Below, in pieces: positions 58,271 through 64,000 of a DNA stretch of 64,000 nucleotides. This stretch comes from Bacteroidales bacterium. Its GTDB lineage: Bacteria > Bacteroidota > Bacteroidia > Bacteroidales > Azobacteroidaceae. Numbering within the stretch: position 1 is the stretch's first letter; each line of letters starts with the position of its first letter. The DNA is taken from assembly GCA_031551395.1 (NCBI GenBank), contig JAVBNR010000006.1, forward strand, positions 25,554-89,553. The letters are read 5' to 3'. Under the pieces are notes generated by a model. That model was not told the origin of the DNA. It did no database searches and saw only the letters and a program-made list of their open reading frames with translations. The translations under genes were made by a program, and so were the position numbers.

Positions 58271-58936
58271 ATGGATATAGCTCGGAATCTGGAAGAAATA
58301 CGAAAACATTTGCCTGACCATACACGTTTGGTTGCGGTTTCTAAGTTTCATTCGGTATCGACAATACAAGAAGCGTATGAAGCGGGGCAACGGATTTTCG
58401 GGGAAAGTCGGGTACAGGAGATCACCGCTAAATACGATGTTTTACCCCAAGATATTATCTGGCATTTTATCGGTCATCTGCAGACAAATAAGATTAAATA
58501 TATCGTTCCGTTTGTCAGGATGATTGAAAGTGTCGATAGTTTACACTTGTTGCAGGAAATCGATCAATATGCCGGTCGACTCGATCGGGTTATAGATGTG
58601 TTGCTTCAGGTGCATATCGCATCGGAAGAAACAAAATTCGGGTTTACTTTTGATGAATGCCGGGATGCACTACTCTCCGACGAAGTCAAAAACATGACGA
58701 ATGTCCGGATTCGCGGGTTGATGGGCATGGCGACTTTGACGGAAGACCAGTCGCAAATCCGGTCGGAATTTGCAGGGTTATCCCGTTTTTTTAATGAGAT
58801 GAAGATGGCTTGTCTTGATCGACATCTCGACTTGACAGAATTATCGATGGGGATGAGTGATGACTACCTTATTGCGATTGAAGAAGGGAGTACGCTTGTA
58901 AGAATTGGAAGTAAAATATTCGGAAAACGTGAATAA
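58271..58936 (+). CDS. yggS: PLP homeostasis protein YggS/PipY
   Basis: VAVSK, FGESRVQE, HFIGHLQTNK, SMGMSDD, RIGS.IFG. Confidence 0.95.
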   Translation: MDIARNLEEIRKHLPDHTRLVAVSKFHSVSTIQEAYEAGQRIFGESRVQEITAKYDVLPQDIIWHFIGHLQTNKIKYIVPFVRMIESVDSLHLLQEIDQYAGRLDRVIDVLLQVHIASEETKFGFTFDECRDALLSDEVKNMTNVRIRGLMGMATLTEDQSQIRSEFAGLSRFFNEMKMACLDRHLDLTELSMGMSDDYLIAIEEGSTLVRIGSKIFGKRE

Positions 58937-59002
58937 ATGTAGTGTTTTACTCGTTTTTAGTTTTTTTTACCCTTAAAAAGAGAAGGTTTAAGAATTATTT
59001 AA

Positions 59003-59010
59003 TAGTTTTG
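59003..59010 (+). promoter_or_regulatory. -7 box for the DHOD-like gene
   Basis: TAGTTTTG; supports ATG 59034 as the start rather than GTG 59010. Confidence 0.55.
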
Positions 59011-59033
59011 TGCAATTATCTATACAAATCGCT

Positions 59034-60014
59034 ATGGGAAATATCTTTGAAACAAGATTTGCCGGGTTGAACCTGAAAAGTCCAATTATTGTAGGAAGTT
59101 CAGGATTGACGAATAGTGCTGAAAAAAATAAAGAATTGGAACGGGCTGGCGCTGGAGCTGTAGTCCTGAAATCTTTGTTTGAAGAACAAATTGCTATGCA
59201 ATCGGATTGGATGTTGGAAAATACGGATTATCCGGAAGCAACAGAACATATAAAGAACTACGTAAAAAACAACGAAATAGCTGATTATATCAACCTGATT
59301 CAGGAGTCGAAACGGGTTTGTGAGATTCCGGTTGTGGCCAGTATCAATTGTTATAAAGCTGATTCTTGGATTGATTTTGCACGTCAGATTGAAATAGCTG
59401 GTGCAGATGCGCTTGAGCTCAATATTTTTGCTCTACAGGCAGAATTAAATACAGATTCGGATCTATTGGAAAAAACTTATGTCCAAATACTGAATAAGAT
59501 AAAGGAAACAATTAATATTCCGGTAATCATTAAAATGGGAAAAACATTTAATAATGTAGCGAATTTGGTTCATCAATTACATGCCAACGGAGCATCCGGA
59601 GTTGTTTTGTTCAATCGATTTTACCAACCTGATATTGATATTAATAAACTTCAGATGGTTTCCGGACAAGTGTTCAGTAGCCACACAGACATGTCGGATA
59701 CTTTACGTTGGACCGGTATTGTTTCGGGCAGGGTTCCTCAAATTCCCATCGCATCATCCACCGGAATCCAAGACTGGGAAGATGTGGTTAAGTGTATCTT
59801 GGCGGGCGCTTCTGCCGTGGAGATTTGCAGTACGGTTTACCAACACGGTCATGAAATAATTTCTCAGATGAAACGGAGTATGGAAGAATGGATGAATTCC
59901 ATGAAATTCACTCGAATAGAAGATTTCAGAGGGAGATTAAACTACGCTCAGATTGAGGATCCGTCGTTGTATGAGCGGATCCAGTTTATGAAATATTTTT
60001 CCAACCGGGACTGA
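59034..60014 (+). CDS. Dihydroorotate dehydrogenase-like FMN protein
   Basis: PIIVGSS, VLKS, ELNI, LFNRF, ASSTGI, LAGA..V; lacks the ELN.SCP cysteine. Confidence 0.82.
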   Translation: MGNIFETRFAGLNLKSPIIVGSSGLTNSAEKNKELERAGAGAVVLKSLFEEQIAMQSDWMLENTDYPEATEHIKNYVKNNEIADYINLIQESKRVCEIPVVASINCYKADSWIDFARQIEIAGADALELNIFALQAELNTDSDLLEKTYVQILNKIKETINIPVIIKMGKTFNNVANLVHQLHANGASGVVLFNRFYQPDIDINKLQMVSGQVFSSHTDMSDTLRWTGIVSGRVPQIPIASSTGIQDWEDVVKCILAGASAVEICSTVYQHGHEIISQMKRSMEEWMNSMKFTRIEDFRGRLNYAQIEDPSLYERIQFMKYFSNRD

Positions 60015-60029
60015 AGCTAAGGATTCTGT

Positions 60030-61445
60030 TTACATCAGTGGTGCGAATAGCTGCATGAAAGACTCGATCAATTTTTTCCAACGTGAGCGCTTGACCCATT
60101 CTTCAAGAAGAATCTCCTTACATTCTTTCATATCTTCCAGGAATATTTCTTTATTCCTTAAAGCTATTTTTTCGTCGTACATATAACAGTTGATTTCAAA
60201 GTTCGATTCAAAACTTCTGAAATCCATATTGGCAGATCCGATGACCGATAACATATCGTCGGAAACGATGGTTTTGGCATGTAGAAATTTTCCCTGAATT
60301 TCATAAATCCGCATACCGCTCCTCAATAAATCTTCGTAATAGGAGTGAGCGGCCGGATCAACGTAAGGAGAATCGGACTTGGCCGATACCATCAGACGGA
60401 TGTCGATCTTCCCTAAAGCTGCGGTTTGTAGGGATTGCAACAGAGAATCTGTTGGTAAAAAATAAGGCGTTTGGATGTAAATGTATTTTTTGGCAGTCAT
60501 TGTGATCAGGTTTGTTGCCTGAAGCAGGTTGTACCAGGGTCCGGTTGGTCCGCCGGTAACGATTTGCATTAAATTATCCGTCTTCGCTTCAAGAGGAGGA
60601 AAATAAGGCTCCGGCTCAAAATAGGAATTGGTCGCAAAATACCAGTCCGTTAAAAATTTTGCTTGTAGTCCGTGGACACCTCTCCCTGTAATACGCAGAT
60701 GGGTATCGCGCCAGTTCGGATCGGATTTGTAATTATCTCCGACATTCATCCCTCCGATGTATCCGATTGCTCCGTCGATGACGACTACTTTCCTGTGATT
60801 CCGATAATTGACCTTGCTGTGGAATGCCGGTAATTTGACATTCATGAAAGAGGAGACTTCCACTCCGGTCGTTTTCATTGCATCGTAAAATTTTTGAGGA
60901 ACAGCCCAATTGGCCACATTATCGTATAAAAAACGAACTTGAACGCCTTCCGATGCCTTTTTCATGAGCACTTCCTTGATTTTTTTTCCTATGTTATCCT
61001 GGTCGAAAATAAAGTATTCCATGTGGATATGATGTCTGGCATTTTCCATGTCTTCCAGGAGCGCTTCAAATTTTCGTTCTCCTTTCGTGATTACTTCCAC
61101 TTCGCTTCCGCTGATCGGAAAGGAATAATTATTATTTTCCAGTAATGCAACCAATGTCGAATACTGAGGAGGAGCTTCTATATTACAGTCTTTAGCTAAA
61201 AGATTGAATGATTTGTCTTTGATCCGCTTGTAATATTTTGCGGATATATTTTTCATTTTTTGAGTGTCTTGTCCGAAAAAATAGAAGAAGAGGAGTCCCA
61301 CTCCAGGCAAAAGGATGAGTATGAGTATCCAGGATAATGTCCGGATTGGATTTCTATTCTCAGAAATGACAACGAGTATCGTTCCGATAATCAGTATGAT
61401 AAAAATGATAAGTAAAATCGAATGAAAAATTGTTGATAGATTCAT
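60030..61445 (-). CDS. cls: Cardiolipin synthase
   Basis: Two N-terminal TM helices; two HKD motifs NHRKVVVID and LHAKTIVSD. Confidence 0.95.
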   Translation of the reverse strand: MNLSTIFHSILLIIFIILIIGTILVVISENRNPIRTLSWILILILLPGVGLLFFYFFGQDTQKMKNISAKYYKRIKDKSFNLLAKDCNIEAPPQYSTLVALLENNNYSFPISGSEVEVITKGERKFEALLEDMENARHHIHMEYFIFDQDNIGKKIKEVLMKKASEGVQVRFLYDNVANWAVPQKFYDAMKTTGVEVSSFMNVKLPAFHSKVNYRNHRKVVVIDGAIGYIGGMNVGDNYKSDPNWRDTHLRITGRGVHGLQAKFLTDWYFATNSYFEPEPYFPPLEAKTDNLMQIVTGGPTGPWYNLLQATNLITMTAKKYIYIQTPYFLPTDSLLQSLQTAALGKIDIRLMVSAKSDSPYVDPAAHSYYEDLLRSGMRIYEIQGKFLHAKTIVSDDMLSVIGSANMDFRSFESNFEINCYMYDEKIALRNKEIFLEDMKECKEILLEEWVKRSRWKKLIESFMQLFAPLM

Positions 61446-61584
61446 GTTTTTATAAAATTAATTCAATACCAATAATGAAGTAATTACATGTCTAAGATAA
61501 TAACTTCTATTCTAATAAACGAATTTTTTACTTTTTTTATAAAAAAATAAATTGTTATCCGTCAATCATTTATAGAATTTTCAA

Positions 61585-61662
61585 AAATTTTTTATCGTTT
61601 TTCGATAAAAAATTTGTTTTATTCGGAAAATAGTATTTATCTTTGCGTATCGAAAAACGATA
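61585..61662 (+). promoter_or_regulatory. Promoter (-33 TTTG at 61613, -7 TATCTTTG at 61638) flanked by two TATCG-N5-CGATA palindromes
   Basis: Site 1 is 61593-61607 (arms extend to 13 bp); site 2 is 61648-61662, the exact reverse complement of site 1. Confidence 0.7.
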
Positions 61663-61717
61663 AATAAAAAATGAAATACAATATTTATTTTCTGAATACC
61701 ATTGATTTTATAATATT

Positions 61718-62407
61718 ATGAATACGAAACTGAAAATTATATGCGTTTTATTTGCAGTGACTTATCTTTATGTTATTGGTAATGCGATTATTTCTGACAT
61801 TATTCCAAGTGCAAAAACCGGTTTTATGGAAGGTCTTGAAGAGGGGCGCCGGCTGGCAAAGAATGAAGACTATCAAGTAAAAACTTCCGAATCGTTGTAC
61901 TTTTTCGCCCAACCGGAGAATGGATATTATAGTTATCCTCTTCATATCCACAATCTGAAATCCGGAAAGTTGATGAACGCAGAGGTTCGTCAGTTTTATG
62001 TTAAGTTACCTTCTTCTGATTATAAAGCATTGCCTTTATGGATCCGGATTTTTAGAACCTTAATTATTCCGTTGAGTTTTGTGATCTTGTTTATAGTGAT
62101 TTATATTCCGATCCAATCGTTTAAAGTAATCCGCTCGATTGTCAAGAATGAAATTTTTGATGAGAAAAATATCAAGCGAATTCGTCGTGTCGGATATTCT
62201 CTTTTGATCTGCTTTGGACTTGTTTTTCTATTCGCTTACACGCTAACTGCTACCTCTCAGGCTTTGATCGGCATGGAGAATTACAAAATCGTATTAAATC
62301 TTGGAGATGATTTAATGGTATTATTATTTGGGTTTGTTGTATTGCTGTTTGCCGAGATATTGAAAATCGCGTTGAAGATGAAAGAAGAGAATGATTTAAC
62401 AGTATAA
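61718..62407 (+). CDS. DUF2975 family membrane protein
   Basis: Several TM helices; IFDEKNIKRIRRVG and FAEILKIALKMKEENDLTV; precedes the HTH gene. Confidence 0.85.
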   Translation: MNTKLKIICVLFAVTYLYVIGNAIISDIIPSAKTGFMEGLEEGRRLAKNEDYQVKTSESLYFFAQPENGYYSYPLHIHNLKSGKLMNAEVRQFYVKLPSSDYKALPLWIRIFRTLIIPLSFVILFIVIYIPIQSFKVIRSIVKNEIFDEKNIKRIRRVGYSLLICFGLVFLFAYTLTATSQALIGMENYKIVLNLGDDLMVLLFGFVVLLFAEILKIALKMKEENDLTV

Positions 62408-62419
62408 AATTTTAATAAA

Positions 62420-62641
62420 ATGTCCATTATAGTAAATTTAGATGTGATGATGGCCAAGCGTAAGATTTCTTTGAACGAGCTTTCGGAAAAGGTAGATATT
62501 ACACCGGCTAATCTGTCGATATTAAAAACCGGAAAAGCAAAAGCAATCCGCTTCAGTACGCTGGAAGCTTTATGTGATGTATTGGGATGTCAACCGGGAG
62601 ATATCTTGGAATATCAAAAAGATGACGCAAATAAAGAATAA
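62420..62641 (+). CDS. Cro/C1-type HTH transcriptional regulator (YozG-like)
   Basis: IIVNLDVMMAKRK, ANLSILKTGKAKAIRFSTL, CQPGDIL. Confidence 0.93.
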   Translation: MSIIVNLDVMMAKRKISLNELSEKVDITPANLSILKTGKAKAIRFSTLEALCDVLGCQPGDILEYQKDDANKE

Positions 62642-62694
62642 AAAGAATAGAGATAAATAAAAAAAATGAGTATAAACTTTTAATCAAGAAAGAC

Positions 62695-64000
62695 ATGAAA
62701 GATTTTTTTAAGATGCTGTTTGCATCGACGCTTGGCGTATTTTTAGCAGGTATTATCCTGTCGATTTTGTCCTTTGTTATTTTTGTGGGAGTTATAGCTT
62801 CTTTCTCAAGCAAGCCTGCTTATAGTTTGCAGAAAGAAACAATCTTGAAATTGGATCTGAGTGGTTCTATCAGTGAGCGGGAAATGAAAAATCCGTTGGA
62901 TGTGTTCATGGGTGGCGATAGTAAATCGTTGGGATTGAATGATATATTGGATGCGATTAAGAAAGCGAAGGAAAATAATAACATTAAAGGGATTTACATT
63001 AAAGCCGGTAGCCTTAATGCCGGAATGGCTTCTCTGGAACCCATACGTAAAGCATTATCGGATTTCAAAGATAGTGGTAAGTTTTTGATTTCTTATGGAG
63101 ATAATTATACGCAGGGAGCTTATTATGTATCGTCAGTCTCCGATGAGGTAATTATGAACCCGCAAGGATCGCTGGCTTTTCATGGATTGGCCGGAGGAAC
63201 TTTGTTTCTTAAAGGGACATTGGATAAAATAGGAGTCAAGATGCAGGTATTTAAGGTGGGTACCTATAAATCTGCCGTTGAACCTTATATTCAGGAGAAA
63301 ATGAGTGATGCTAACAGAGAACAGATTACAGCTTACATGGGCGATATCTGGAATCATTGGTTGGCTGGTATCTCTCAGAGTCGTCATATTTCCGTGGAAA
63401 ATTTGAATCGGTATGCTGACGAGTTTATGATGATTGCCAAACCCGAAACTTGTGTTGAATATGGATTCATCGATTCATTGATGTATGTCGATCAGGTTGA
63501 AGAATTCCTGAAAGAAAAGGTGGGGATTGAAAAAGATGCTGATTTGAAGATTGCCAGCGTAGGTGATTTGAAAACAGTTCCATTCGCTCAAAAAGAAATC
63601 AATAAAGATAAAATTGCGATTTTATATGCGGAAGGTTCGATCGTAGGAGATGAGTACTCATCCAATCCTTATTCATCGTCGGCGTTTATCACGGCGAAAG
63701 AATTTGTTAAGGAATTGAACAAGCTGAAAAAAGATGAAAATGTAAAAGCCGTTGTTTTTCGTGTAAACTCTCCGGGAGGAAGCGCTTATGCCTCTGAACA
63801 AATCTGGCATGCAGTTAAAGAGTTGAAAGAAGTGAAACCGATAATTGTTTCCATGGGAGATTATGCTGCATCCGGAGGTTATTATATCTCTTGCGGAGCA
63901 ACTCAGATCGTTGCCGAACCGACTACTTTAACCGGTTCCATCGGTATTTTCGGATTGATTCCCGACGGGGAAGAACTGGCTAAAAAAGTAGGGGTTACTG
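62695..64000 (+). CDS. sppA: Signal peptide peptidase SppA (67K type); 3'-truncated, absent from the ORF track
   Basis: My translation from ATG 62695: MKDFFKMLFAS, TM helix, FKVGTYKSAVEP, VVFRVNSPGGSA, SMGDYAASGGYY. Confidence 0.93.
   Translation, partial: MKDFFKMLFASTLGVFLAGIILSILSFVIFVGVIASFSSKPAYSLQKETILKLDLSGSISEREMKNPLDVFMGGDSKSLGLNDILDAIKKAKENNNIKGIYIKAGSLNAGMASLEPIRKALSDFKDSGKFLISYGDNYTQGAYYVSSVSDEVIMNPQGSLAFHGLAGGTLFLKGTLDKIGVKMQVFKVGTYKSAVEPYIQEKMSDANREQITAYMGDIWNHWLAGISQSRHISVENLNRYADEFMMIAKPETCVEYGFIDSLMYVDQVEEFLKEKVGIEKDADLKIASVGDLKTVPFAQKEINKDKIAILYAEGSIVGDEYSSNPYSSSAFITAKEFVKELNKLKKDENVKAVVFRVNSPGGSAYASEQIWHAVKELKEVKPIIVSMGDYAASGGYYISCGATQIVAEPTTLTGSIGIFGLIPDGEELAKKVGVT

Noticed and set aside
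701-63387. Many antisense or overlapping ORFs in the track (for example 3165..3830, 5000..5713, 8082..8894, 42809..43576, 46807..47307, 63133..63387)
   Set aside because: They lie opposite or inside well-supported genes and show no motifs, signal peptides or promoters. They are shadow ORFs.
1-64000. Invertible promoters, phase-variable tracts, IS elements, integrases, CRISPR
   Set aside because: No recombinase or transposase ORF, no promoter flanked by long inverted repeats and no spaced direct repeats seen; A/T runs of 7-8 nt are expected at this composition

Overview
About 40% GC chromosomal window from a Bacteroidales bacterium. The assignment rests on SusC/SusD, TAnnTTTG promoter boxes and a type IX secretion C-terminal domain; the family is not determinable from the sequence. 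The first ~15 kb is a polysaccharide utilization locus (PUL): a NanE-like N-acylglucosamine 2-epimerase (5' end outside the window), SusC, SusD, three GHL10/DUF187-type putative glycosidases, an Ig-repeat surface lipoprotein, a Tat-exported DUF4434 protein and a sugar porter, ending next to a tRNA-Met. No sialidase, neuraminate lyase or other well-characterised glycosidase is recognisable in it, so its substrate is the main open question; my hypothesis is a ManNAc/GlcNAc-containing glycan. The rest is mostly housekeeping: an ECF sigma/anti-sigma/DUF4252 operon, K+/H+ antiporter, queD-queE-rnz, S9 peptidase, maf-kdsC-DUF2520-nitroreductase-mrp-trmB, a MacB-type ABC/RND adaptor/TolC efflux operon, prs, GH13, an RRM protein, mce-mmdA-mini-delta-BCCP with no Na+-pump beta subunit, a TonB receptor, DUF3127 plus an AddB-like nuclease, a Gfo/Idh/MocA plus HEAT-DUF1080 pair, engB, deaminase, DUF4494, yggS, a DHOD-like gene, cls, DUF2975-HTH and sppA (runs off the end). 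I saw no integrase, transposase, CRISPR array or rRNA. Family names come from my motif recognition; no database search was run.
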